Shown: positions 52,992-62,153 of the stretch, piece after piece
Numbering within the stretch: position 1 is the stretch's first letter
Layout: every line of letters starts with the position of its first letter
Assembly (NCBI GenBank): GCA_963752285.1
Contig: CAVVXN010000003.1
Location: 192,001-256,000, forward strand
Direction: 5' to 3'
Origin: an uncultured Planctomycetota bacterium
GTDB taxonomy: Bacteria; Planctomycetota; PLA2; JAEUHO01
Length of the DNA: 64,000 nt
Translations under genes and position numbers: made by a program
The notes under the pieces: generated by a model
Told to the model about the DNA's origin: nothing
Database searches by the model: none
What the model saw: the letters and a program-made list of their open reading frames with translations, nothing else

Positions 52992-53510
52992 ATGAGACGT
53001 ACGACGACCCTTCTGTCGGCGCTGCTGCTCGTCGGCGGCTGCCTCGCCCTCGGTCGGTCCGAGGACGCCGACGCGTTGCCGGCGGTGGCCCGCGCGCGGC
53101 CCCACGCCCTGTTCCAGGTGGCGATCGACGGCGTCGCCGTCGGCGGCTTCAAGAGCGTGGACGGCCTCTCGGCCGAGGTGGAGACCGTGGAGTACCGGGA
53201 CGGGGGCGACAACCTCGTTCGCAAGCTGCCCGGCCGCCTCGCGTTCGGGAGCGTCACGCTCGTGCGCGACCTGACCAAGGACACCACGTTCTTCGACTGG
53301 ATCCACGAGGCCGCGTCGACGAGCGGCCCCGACCGCAAGGACGTGACGGTCACCGTGTACGACCCGAAGAGCGGGGACACCGTCCGGACCTTCAACCTCG
53401 TGGACTGCTTCCCCACGCACCTGGCCGTCAAAGCCCTCGACGCGAAGGGCGGGGGCGAGGTCGCGATCGAGGAGATCGTCCTGGCGGTCGAGAACGTGAG
53501 TCTCGACTGA
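52992..53510 (+). CDS. T4 gp19-like phage tail-tube protein with N-terminal signal peptide
   Basis: FQVAIDG..GGFKSVDGLSAEVETVEYRDGG..RKLPGR..VTLVR..FFDW..RKDVTV..CFPT..VAIEEIVLAVE; AGGAG RBS; MRRTTTLLSALLLVGGCLALG leader. Confidence 0.9.
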   Translation: MRRTTTLLSALLLVGGCLALGRSEDADALPAVARARPHALFQVAIDGVAVGGFKSVDGLSAEVETVEYRDGGDNLVRKLPGRLAFGSVTLVRDLTKDTTFFDWIHEAASTSGPDRKDVTVTVYDPKSGDTVRTFNLVDCFPTHLAVKALDAKGGGEVAIEEIVLAVENVSLD

Positions 53511-53794
53511 GAGCCTATGGAGGAATCGAGTCCGGGGCCTCGGCCGGATGCGGCGCCGCGATGCGGCGTTGCTCGTCGTCAGCGACCCACGGCGGGGTCG
53601 CCTCCGGCTCGCACCATGCCTTGCGCCCCCGCGCTCGGCCCCGGGGCCCCGGCCCACGCATTCACACGCGGAGCGGCGCGGCGGCGGGCGCTGCGTGCGT
53701 GCCGCCCTGGAAGCGGCACGCACGACCCCCCCGACGGGCGTAGGAAAGGCCCGGGCCCGGTGCGGCGGTGTGCCGGCGCGCCGGAGGACGTGCC

Positions 53795-54814
53795 ATGCAG
53801 ATCGGCATGATCGGCCTCGGCCGGATGGGTGCGGACATGACCCGCCGCCTCCTCGCCGGTGGTCACGAGTGCGTCGTCTTCGACCTCGATGAGGGCCGCG
53901 TGCGCGCGCTCGAACGAGCGGGCGCCACCGGCGCCAGCTCCGTCGAAGCGCTCGTCGGTCGGCTCGCCCGCCCGCGCACGGTGTGGCTGATGGTGCCCGC
54001 GGGCGCCGTGGACCGCGCGTTGGCCGATCTGGCGCCTCGGCTCGAAGCCGACGACGTCGTGGTGGACGGAGGCAACACGAACCCGCAGGACGACCGACGC
54101 CGTGCGGCGCGGCTCGAGGAGCGCGGGATCCATCACGTGGACTGCGGGACGAGCGGCGGAGTCTGGGGCCGGGAAGGTGGCTACTGCCTGATGGTCGGGG
54201 GCGACGACGCGATCGTCTCCCGGCTGGACCCTCTGTTCCGGACGCTCGCGCCGGGACGGGACGCGGCGCCGCCCACCGCCGCTCGCGCCGCCCGGTCCGG
54301 GACGGCCGAGGACGGGTATCTCCACTGCGGCCCGCACGGCGCGGGGCACTTCGTCAAGATGGTGCACAACGGCATCGAGTACGGCGTGATGGCCGCGTAC
54401 GCCGAGGGGCTCGCGCTCCTCGGGCACGCGGCCGCGGGCCTCGAGACCCGGGAGACCGACGCGGAGACGACGCCGCTTCGGGACCCCGGCGCCTACGCCT
54501 ACCGCTTCGAGCTGGCCGACGTGGCCGAGGTGTGGCGACGGGGCAGCGTGATCCGGTCGTGGCTGCTCGACCTCGCCGCGAGCGCCCTCGCGAGGGACCC
54601 TGGCCTCGAGGCCTTCGCGGGGCGCGTCTCGGACTCCGGGGAGGGGCGCTGGGCCCTCCAGGCCGCGATCGACGTCGGGGCGCCCGCGCCGGTGCTCGCG
54701 ACCGCGCTCTTCGCCCGCTTCGCCTCGCGCGGCGAGGCGGACTACGCCGGTCGGCTCCTCTCGGCGATGCGCCACGAGTTCGGAGGGCACCAGGAGAAGG
54801 GGCCGGGACGATGA
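53795..54814 (+). CDS. gnd: 6-phosphogluconate dehydrogenase (decarboxylating, short type)
   Basis: GLGRMG, DGGN, DCGTSGG, KMVHNGIEYG, SDSGEGRW, MRHEFGGH. Confidence 0.95.
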   Translation: MQIGMIGLGRMGADMTRRLLAGGHECVVFDLDEGRVRALERAGATGASSVEALVGRLARPRTVWLMVPAGAVDRALADLAPRLEADDVVVDGGNTNPQDDRRRAARLEERGIHHVDCGTSGGVWGREGGYCLMVGGDDAIVSRLDPLFRTLAPGRDAAPPTAARAARSGTAEDGYLHCGPHGAGHFVKMVHNGIEYGVMAAYAEGLALLGHAAAGLETRETDAETTPLRDPGAYAYRFELADVAEVWRRGSVIRSWLLDLAASALARDPGLEAFAGRVSDSGEGRWALQAAIDVGAPAPVLATALFARFASRGEADYAGRLLSAMRHEFGGHQEKGPGR

Positions 54815-56178
54815 CGCGCCCGCGCTCCGACGCCCTGGTCTTCTTCGGCGCCACGGGCGATCTCGCGAAGAAGAAGGTGTTCCCGGCGCTCTACGCGCTC
54901 GCCCGCCGTCGCCGCCTCGACGTGCCGGTGATCGGCGTCGCCCGGAGCGCCGGGAGCGTCGACGACCTCGTAGAGCGCGCGCGAGAGGCGGCGGAACGCG
55001 GCGGCGCGCTCGACGAGGTGGCTTTCGGCCGGCTTGCCAAGCGCCTCCGCTACGTCCAGGGCGACTACGGCGACGACGCGACGTTCGACGCGCTCCGGCG
55101 CGAGCTCGGCTCGGCCGCGCGACCGCTGCACTACCTGGCCATCCCGCCGGGCGCGTTCGCCACCGTCGTCCGGGGACTGGCGCGCTCGGGCTGCGCGAAG
55201 GGCGCGCGCATCGTGGTCGAGAAGCCGTTCGGACGCGACCTGGCCTCCGCGAAGGCCCTGAATCGGACCCTCCGCGAGGTGTTCGACGAGAGCGCGGTGT
55301 TCCGGATCGACCACTACCTCGGGAAGGAACCGGTGCTCAACCTGCTCGTATTCCGGTTCTCGAACACCTTCCTCGAGCCCATCTGGAACCGGAACTACGT
55401 GCGGAGCGTCGAGGTCACGATGGCCGAGTCGTTCGGCGTCGAGGGCCGCGGCGCGTTCTACGAGGAGGCCGGCGCCATTCGGGACGTGGTCCAGAACCAC
55501 CTCCTGCAGGTCGTGGGGTTCCTCGCGATGGAGCCGCCGCTGGCGACCTACGACGAGGCGATCCGCGACGAGCAGGTGAAGGTGTTCCGCGCGATCCGTC
55601 CCCTCGCGCCGAAGGACCTGGTCCGGGGACAGTTTCGGGGCTACCGCGACGAGGCCGGCGTCGCGCCGGACTCGACGGTCGAGACCTACGCGGCCGTGCG
55701 GCTCTGCGTGGACTCCTGGCGATGGGACGGCGTGCCCTTCTTCGTGCGGGCCGGGAAACGCCTCCCGGTCACGGCCACGGAGGTCTTGGTCACGCTCAAG
55801 CGACCGCCGCACCGCGCCGTGTCGAGGAGCGAGTCGAACCACCTTCGCTTCCGCCTCGGACCGGACGTCGCCATCGCCCTGGGCGCGCGCACGAAGCGGC
55901 CGGGCGACGAGCTGCTCTCGGATCCGACGGAGCTCCGGGTCGTGAGCCGGCCGGAGGGCGACGAGATGGACGCCTACGAGCGTCTCCTCTCGGACGCGAT
56001 GGACGGCGACGGGACGCTCTTCGCGCGCCAGGACGAGGTGGAGCAGGCGTGGGCGATCGTCGATCCGGTCCTCGGCGGGGTCACCGAGGTCCTGCCGTAC
56101 GAGCCCGGGTCGTGGGGGCCCGAGGCCGCGGCGCGCCTGCCCGAGAGCGTCGGCGGCTGGCACGACCCCGAGCCGTGA
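54811..56178 (+). CDS. zwf: Glucose-6-phosphate dehydrogenase
   Basis: GATGDLA, EKPFG, RIDHYLGKE, RDVVQNH, RWDGVPF. Confidence 0.96.
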   Translation: MTRPRSDALVFFGATGDLAKKKVFPALYALARRRRLDVPVIGVARSAGSVDDLVERAREAAERGGALDEVAFGRLAKRLRYVQGDYGDDATFDALRRELGSAARPLHYLAIPPGAFATVVRGLARSGCAKGARIVVEKPFGRDLASAKALNRTLREVFDESAVFRIDHYLGKEPVLNLLVFRFSNTFLEPIWNRNYVRSVEVTMAESFGVEGRGAFYEEAGAIRDVVQNHLLQVVGFLAMEPPLATYDEAIRDEQVKVFRAIRPLAPKDLVRGQFRGYRDEAGVAPDSTVETYAAVRLCVDSWRWDGVPFFVRAGKRLPVTATEVLVTLKRPPHRAVSRSESNHLRFRLGPDVAIALGARTKRPGDELLSDPTELRVVSRPEGDEMDAYERLLSDAMDGDGTLFARQDEVEQAWAIVDPVLGGVTEVLPYEPGSWGPEAAARLPESVGGWHDPEP

Positions 56179-56943
56179 CGCCCGACACGCCCGCGTCGCG
56201 CGTCGTGGGGCCGGGGCGCGCCGAGGTCCGGGTTTGCGTCGATCCCGAGGCGCTCGCGCGCGAGGCGGCGCGGCGCGTCGTCTGCGCGCTGGCGCTCCGG
56301 GAGGCGGGGGGCGAGCGGTTCACCGTCGCGCTCTCGGGCGGCTCGACGCCCTCGGCGACCCTCCGGCGTCTCGCCGCGGCGCGGGCTCCCGGCGCCTGGA
56401 GCTCCCTCGATGTGTTCTTCACGGACGAGCGCTGCGTCGAGCCCCGCGACCCCGACAGCAACTACCGCCTCGCCGACGAGACGTTCCTTCGCCCCGCGCG
56501 CGTGCCGGCGGAGCACGTCCACCGCATCCACGGCGAGGAGCCCCCGGACGTCGCAGCCGCGCGCTACGAGGACGAGCTTCGGCGCACGTTCGGTCCCGGT
56601 GTCCCGCGTCTGGACCTCGTGCTCCTCGGGCTCGGGTCGAACGCGCACACCGCCTCGCTCTTCCCCGGTGACCGCGCGGTCCGGGAGGCGCGGCGGAACG
56701 CCCTCGCCGTGCAGCGTCCCCGCGACGCCGCCCTGGCGCGTGACGCTGACCCCGCCGGTCCTGAACGCCGCGCGCGAGGTGCTCTTCCTCGTCACGGGCG
56801 CGGCGAAGGCGGAGGCGCTCCGCGCCGTGCTCGAAGGACCGCGCGACCCGGACCGCTGGCCGGCGCAGGTGGTCGTCGCCGAGGGCGGTCGCGTGACGTG
56901 GCTCGTGGACCGCGCCGCCGCGAGCGGGCTCACGGCGGGGTGA
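56175..56943 (+). CDS. pgl: 6-phosphogluconolactonase, frameshift near 56712
   Basis: [29 protein letters not shown], then shifted frame [25 protein letters not shown]. Confidence 0.9.
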
Positions 56944-56961
56944 CGCGCAAACGGGCGTCGT

Positions 56962-57573
56962 TCACTCGGGAGGCGGGGACGGCGGGGACGGCGGAGCGGG
57001 CGGAGCGAGCTGCCGCGCGTACTCGATCTCGTCGTGGATCGGCCGGCCGCCGACCCCGATGCGCGGGATCTCGTGCTTGATGCGCCGCGCCGCGTCCACC
57101 GCGCCCGCGTGGACGGCGACGCGCGAGAAGCCCACGGCCTCGAAGAACGCCTGCGCGGGCAGGTTGTCGTTCGTCGTCACGAGCCAGACCAAGCCGACGC
57201 GTCGCCGCGCGGCCTCGGCGAGGCACGCCTCCACGAGCGCGCGTCCCACGCCGCGCCGGCGCGAGAGCACGTTCAACGACACGATCTCGATGCGCGGGCC
57301 GTCCATCCGCCACACCAGGAGCCCGACGGGCGAGCCGCTCTCCCGCGCGACGAGCTGGGGCAGGGCGTCCGCGGCGTGCACGTGGCCGCGCGTGATCACG
57401 CGGGTGGACCCCCACGCCGACGACAGGATCACCCTCGCCCACGAGAGGTCGGACGGCTCGGCGGGCTGGATGGAGAGGGAGGGAGGGGGCGGGCTCGCGG
57501 GGGACACGGGAAGACGCCTTCGCTCCGGGGACGGGACCGTCCATCGTCCCACCGCGAAGGCGCCGGGGCGCAC
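56962..57573 (-). CDS. GNAT family N-acetyltransferase (start uncertain)
   Basis: RRRGVGRALV, WLVTTNDNLPAQAFFEAVGF, PIHDEIE. Confidence 0.82.
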   Translation of the reverse strand: MRPGAFAVGRWTVPSPERRRLPVSPASPPPPSLSIQPAEPSDLSWARVILSSAWGSTRVITRGHVHAADALPQLVARESGSPVGLLVWRMDGPRIEIVSLNVLSRRRGVGRALVEACLAEAARRRVGLVWLVTTNDNLPAQAFFEAVGFSRVAVHAGAVDAARRIKHEIPRIGVGGRPIHDEIEYARQLAPPAPPSPPSPPPE

Positions 57574-57616
57574 CGGGCACGAGGGTGGTCCCGCGTTCCG
57601 CGCCCCGCCTCGCGTG

Positions 57617-57871
57617 TCACTCGCGGCCGGCGAGCCGCGCCAACGCCTCGAGGTCGCGGCGCTCGAGGATGCCCCGTACCTCGGGCGGGGGGGCCTCCCC
57701 GCGGTCGAGGAGCTCCGCGACGCGCGTCCAGAGCCGTTCCCGCTTCTTCTCGGAGCCGGCCAGGAAGATCTCGCCCACGATCTCCTGGAGCCGGTCCGCC
57801 CGGATCTGGTCGAGGTTCCGGTAGTAGCTCCGGACGATCCGCTGCTGGTAGGGGGTCAGGTCCTTGGCCAC
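57617..57871 (-). CDS. Small hypothetical protein
   Basis: Protein-like 84-aa ORF (YQQRIVRSYYRNLDQI) with TAGAGT 7 nt upstream of GTG. Confidence 0.75.
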   Translation of the reverse strand: MAKDLTPYQQRIVRSYYRNLDQIRADRLQEIVGEIFLAGSEKKRERLWTRVAELLDRGEAPPPEVRGILERRDLEALARLAGRE

Positions 57872-57947
57872 GGCGGGGACTCTACCGCTCGGGGCTCCCT
57901 CCGGCCCGGAAAGCCCTCGTCCTGCCCGGGCCGTTACCGACGGGGGG

Positions 57948-58994
57948 TCAGGAGAGGCTCGCGCGGACGAACGCGGCGCGCCGGGCCTCTCGCTCCTCGC
58001 CGTCGAGGGTCCGGCCCTCCATCTTCTGGAGGTGCGCCGGCTGGGTCAGGACGAGGAGCTCGTTCACGCGGTGCAGGTCCACGTCCTCGAGGAGGCCCAT
58101 CACCACGCCCAGGCGCACGCTCGAGAGGTGGCTCATCACCTCGTCGCTCGTGAGCATGCGGGCGGCGCGGAGCGTCGCGAGGCTCCGGTGGACCTTGTCC
58201 TCCAGTCGGCGCCGGCCGCGGCTGGCGAGCTCCTGCCGGCACAGGTCCTCGTACTCGAGGATGCGCGGCAGCATGTTCCGGAGGCCGAGGAGGATCTCCT
58301 CCTCCGTCCGGCCGAGCGTGACCTGGTTCGAGATCTGGTACAGGTCGCCCAACGCCATCGTGCCCTCGCCGTAGAACCCGCGGACGGTGAGGCCCGTTCG
58401 CGAGCAGGCGTGGAAGACCTTCTCGACCTGCTTCATGTGGACGAGCGCCGGCAGGTGCAGCATCACGCTCGCGCGCAGGCCCGTCCCGACGTTCGTCGGG
58501 CACGCGGTCAGGTATCCGTGCTCGGTCGTCGCCGCGTACTCGACCACGTTCTCGAGCGTCCGATCGACGTCCACGGCCGTGTGCCACGCGTCCTCGAGCG
58601 AGAGCGACGAACGGATCGCCTGGATGCGCAGGTGGTCCTCTTCGTTGACCATCACGCTCACGACCTCGTCGGACCCGAACGCGACGCCGCGCGGTCCCTT
58701 GCCCGACTCCAGCTCGCGGCTGATCAGGTGGCGCTCGAGCAGGAACTTCGCGTCGAGTCGTTCGGCGACCTCGAGGTCCACGTAGTGCTGGCGGGCGCCG
58801 AGGGCGAGCGCGCTCAGGTGCTCGTGCATCCGTTCGAGGATCTCGCGCTTCTGATCTTCGCCCGCGCGCGTGGCGAAGGGGTACCCCGCGAGGTTGCGGG
58901 CCAGGCGTACGCGAGACGAGATCACGGTCTCGGCGCGCGGTCCCTCGCCCCGCAGCCACTCTCCGCATCGGCGATCGAGGTCAACGAGTTCCAC
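57948..58994 (-). CDS. mcsB: Protein arginine kinase
   Basis: SSRVRLARN, NEEDHLR, GYLTACPTNVGTGLRAS, RGFYGEG, QISNQ. Confidence 0.95.
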   Translation of the reverse strand: MELVDLDRRCGEWLRGEGPRAETVISSRVRLARNLAGYPFATRAGEDQKREILERMHEHLSALALGARQHYVDLEVAERLDAKFLLERHLISRELESGKGPRGVAFGSDEVVSVMVNEEDHLRIQAIRSSLSLEDAWHTAVDVDRTLENVVEYAATTEHGYLTACPTNVGTGLRASVMLHLPALVHMKQVEKVFHACSRTGLTVRGFYGEGTMALGDLYQISNQVTLGRTEEEILLGLRNMLPRILEYEDLCRQELASRGRRRLEDKVHRSLATLRAARMLTSDEVMSHLSSVRLGVVMGLLEDVDLHRVNELLVLTQPAHLQKMEGRTLDGEEREARRAAFVRASLS

Positions 58995-59529
58995 CGCTCG
59001 GCTCGTCTCCGTGGGCCGGGCCGGACGCCGCGGCCTGCGGGCCCTGCTCCAGCTCGCGGATGGCGTCGCGGATGCGCGCCGCGTCTTCATAGCTCTCGGT
59101 GCGAACCGCGTCCTGCAGCTCACGCCGGAGCGCGAGCAGTCGATCGGCCCACTCCGTCTCCACGGTGACGCGCCCGCGCGGGAGCCTCCCGGTGTGGCGA
59201 TGCGCCCCGTGGATCTTGTCGAGGAGGGGGTTCAGCCGCTCCGCGAAGACTTCGTAGTCTCGCGGGCAGCCGAACCTCCCCTTGGTGCGGAACTCCTCGA
59301 ACGCGATGCCGCAGTGCGGACAGCGGAGCGTGGAACCCCCGCCCGCCTGCCGGATGGCACTCGACATCAGGTTGGCGAGGCCGGAGGGCACGGGCGCGCC
59401 GCTCGCGATTCCCTGCTCGTTCGCGCAGGCCTCGCAGATGTGCAGCGTCCGCTTCTTGTCGCTCTTGATCTCGGTGAAGTGGATGGTCGCCGGATACTTC
59501 CCGCAGCACTGGCACAGCGTCGGGCTCAT
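58981..59529 (-). CDS. mcsA: McsA (CxxC motifs plus UvrB/UvrC motif)
   Basis: CQCC, CEAC, CPHC, GRFGCPRDY, AVRTESYEDAARIRD. Confidence 0.92.
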   Translation of the reverse strand: MSPTLCQCCGKYPATIHFTEIKSDKKRTLHICEACANEQGIASGAPVPSGLANLMSSAIRQAGGGSTLRCPHCGIAFEEFRTKGRFGCPRDYEVFAERLNPLLDKIHGAHRHTGRLPRGRVTVETEWADRLLALRRELQDAVRTESYEDAARIRDAIRELEQGPQAAASGPAHGDEPSGGTR

Positions 59530-59600
59530 CTGTCGGGGAGGGTACCACGCGACGTGGCGCCGGCGGCGCGCCGCGCACGCCCCCGCGCTCGGTGACGCGG

Positions 59601-61001
59601 TCACGCGCCCCCGCCGCCAGTCGCGGCGGCCGCGACCCGATCGGCCAGCGCGCGGACCGCGGCCGCGAACCGCTCGCCCCGGACCACGAAGGACGGGTGC
59701 TCGTCGAGGCTCGAGTAGGCCGGCGAGAGCAGCACGGCGTCGCCGGGGCGGGCGAGGGCGGCGGCCCGCTCGACCGCGTGCTCGAGGTCCGGACCTCCTC
59801 GAACGGCGACGCACCGTCCCTCGAGCCTTTGCACGACGAGGTCGCCGCAGGTCCCGATGCCGACCACGGCACGGGCGCGTTCCGCGAGGACCGCGAGGAG
59901 CGGCTCGACGTCGAGTCCCTTGTCCTTGCCGCCGACCAGGACGACGGCGGGTCGCGGGCACGCCTCGAGGGCGCGGATCGTGCTGGTCGGGTTGGTCGCG
60001 TTGCTGTCGTCCACGTAGAGGACGCCCGCGACCTCGCCGATCGGCGCGAGCCGGTGCGGGAGGGGCCGCGCGTCCCGCGTGCCCACCTCGACGGCCGCGG
60101 GCGTGACGCCGTCCACCTGGGCGGCCGCCGCGGCGGCCGCCAGCGCGTTCCTGCGGTTGTGCGCGCCCCAGAGCGGGAACCCGGCGAGACGCGCGACGAA
60201 CCCGCCAGGACCGAGGATCCGGTCGCCGTCGAGGTCGAACGCCCCGCCCGTGCCGAAGAGCACGCGTCGCGCCGGCCCCGCGGACTCGTAGCGCGCCTCT
60301 CGGACGCGCGGATCGTCGGCGGGCAGCACGGCCACGTCGCCGGGCCGCTGTTGGTCGAGCGCGCTCCGCTTCGCCTCGGCGTACGCCTCCCACGTCCCGT
60401 GCCGGTCCAGGTGGTCCTCCAGCAGGTTCGTGACGAGCGTCACGTGCGGTGCGCGACCGATCCGTCGCGTCCACCAGAGCTGGAAGGAGGAGAGCTCGAG
60501 CACGACGAGGTCGCCGGGGGCGATCGCGTCCACCTCGGCGAGCAGCGCCCGCCCCACGTTGCCGCCGAGGTGGACGCGGCGACCGGCCGCGCGAAGCATC
60601 CCGGCGAGCAGCGTCGCGGTCGTGGACTTCCCCTTCGTGCCCGTCACGCCGAGCACGGGGGCCCGCACGCGTTCGAGGAAGAGGTTCGTCTCGGTCGTCA
60701 CGGGCAGGCCGCGCCGCCACGCCTCGGCGAGCACGGGGTGTTCGAAGGGGATGGCGGGGCTCGCGACCACGAGGTCGAACCCCTCGTCGAGGAGCGCGGG
60801 GGTCTGCGGCCCGAACACGAGGCGCGCGTCGAGCGCCTCCGCCTCCGCCGCGGAGAGGGCGAGCGCCGCGCGAGACGCCGAGTCCGAGACCACGACCTCC
60901 GCCCCGCGCCGGCGAAGGAAGCGGACGGTCTCGGTCCCGCCCGAGAACCGGCCGAGCCCGAGGACGAGCACACGGGCCGACCCGAACCCGGCGTCGATCA
61001 C
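59601..61001 (-). CDS. murD: UDP-N-acetylmuramoyl-L-alanine--D-glutamate ligase
   Basis: GVTGTKGKSTT, GGNVG, ELSSFQL, DHLDRH, DDSNATN, GGKDKG, LLSPA. Confidence 0.93.
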   Translation of the reverse strand: MIDAGFGSARVLVLGLGRFSGGTETVRFLRRRGAEVVVSDSASRAALALSAAEAEALDARLVFGPQTPALLDEGFDLVVASPAIPFEHPVLAEAWRRGLPVTTETNLFLERVRAPVLGVTGTKGKSTTATLLAGMLRAAGRRVHLGGNVGRALLAEVDAIAPGDLVVLELSSFQLWWTRRIGRAPHVTLVTNLLEDHLDRHGTWEAYAEAKRSALDQQRPGDVAVLPADDPRVREARYESAGPARRVLFGTGGAFDLDGDRILGPGGFVARLAGFPLWGAHNRRNALAAAAAAAQVDGVTPAAVEVGTRDARPLPHRLAPIGEVAGVLYVDDSNATNPTSTIRALEACPRPAVVLVGGKDKGLDVEPLLAVLAERARAVVGIGTCGDLVVQRLEGRCVAVRGGPDLEHAVERAAALARPGDAVLLSPAYSSLDEHPSFVVRGERFAAAVRALADRVAAAATGGGGA

Positions 61002-61558
61002 CGGTGGCCTCCCCGCGGGCTCACGACGGGCGGCGGCGCCTCGACCGGGCGCGCCCGTTCCGGTGGCGGTCGTTCGCCCGGGACCGGTTGGGAGAGGGCC
61101 TCGCGCGTCGCCAGCCGGCGCGTGCGTTCCCGGAATGCGTTCGCCCTGTCGAGGGTCGCCCGTACCTCCCCCTCCGTCGCACGTTGCGCGAGGGGCGCGA
61201 GCGTCGCGGCCCACCGGAAGTGACGTCGGGGGACGGTCAGCTCGTACGGGAGGTCCACGATCGGATAGCCGTCGATCTGCGTGGGGACGACGACCACGGC
61301 GGCGAGGGAGCGGTAGCCCTCCTTCTCGAGGCGCACGTCGAGGTCGCCGTAGTAGACGAAGGGGATCGTCACCGGCGTGGTCCCCCGCGCGACCCCGTCC
61401 ACCCAGACCCGGGCGCCGGCCGGGTCGCTGTCGATCGTGAGCGTGCGCTGCGTGCTGCACGCCGACGAGAGGAGGAGGGACGCGACGACGACGAAGAACG
61501 CGCGCCGCCCCCGCGGGGCGCGCCCGGCGTCGGGCGGGGACGGCCTGCGGCGCGTCAT
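60998..61558 (-). CDS. PEGA domain lipoprotein
   Basis: LSSAC lipobox; LTIDSDPAGARVWVDG..GTTP..LEKEGY. Confidence 0.85.
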   Translation of the reverse strand: MTRRRPSPPDAGRAPRGRRAFFVVVASLLLSSACSTQRTLTIDSDPAGARVWVDGVARGTTPVTIPFVYYGDLDVRLEKEGYRSLAAVVVVPTQIDGYPIVDLPYELTVPRRHFRWAATLAPLAQRATEGEVRATLDRANAFRERTRRLATREALSQPVPGERPPPERARPVEAPPPVVSPRGGHR

Positions 61559-62007
61559 CGAGCGGCGAGTCCCGAGAGCGCTACGAGCGGCTCGGCCCGT
61601 GCGGCGGCGACGGCGCGGATCGCGCGCGCCACCGCGGCGCCCCGCCGGAGCTTCCTCCGCTCGAGGTGGTCGGCGAGGTCCGCCTCCGAGCGGAGCTCCA
61701 AGGGGAAGGGAACCGCGTCCACGAACTCGCACGTCGCGGCGTCGTACCCCGCGCAGGTCGTCATCCGGTCCTGGTAGATCCCGCAGAGGTTGTCCGCGCG
61801 CAGGTGACGGCAGGGGGTCTTGACGTGGAGGAGCCACCCGTCCTCGTCCTTCGTCACCATCGTCCCCTCGTGCGCCAGCCACCAGCGCATCTCGTCCCAG
61901 TCGGCGTGGGCGCGGGGGGCGTCCACGTGGACGGTCAGGTACCCGCAGCACCGGGCCCGGCACCGGCGGGTACAGACCTCGATCTGGCGAGCGGCCTCCG
62001 CGTCCAT
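61555..62007 (-). CDS. YkgJ family cysteine cluster protein
   Basis: CTRRCRARCC, PCRHL..CGIYQDR..C..Y....CE. Confidence 0.85.
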   Translation of the reverse strand: MDAEAARQIEVCTRRCRARCCGYLTVHVDAPRAHADWDEMRWWLAHEGTMVTKDEDGWLLHVKTPCRHLRADNLCGIYQDRMTTCAGYDAATCEFVDAVPFPLELRSEADLADHLERRKLRRGAAVARAIRAVAAARAEPLVALSGLAAR

Positions 62008-62153
62008 CGTCCCTCCACGGCCTGCCCGGGGCGGCCGACCGGGCCCCGCATCCCGCGGTCCGTCCCCGCGGCGGCCGAGGCCGGCACGCGACAAGGTACA
62101 CTCTGCCGCCCCGCCCGCCGGACGTGGGGTTCGGCGTGACCAGGACCTCTGAC

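Noticed and set aside
52992..53510. Prophage, tailocin or eCIS locus
   Set aside because: Only the tube gene is present; neighbours are lipoproteins and pentose-phosphate genes
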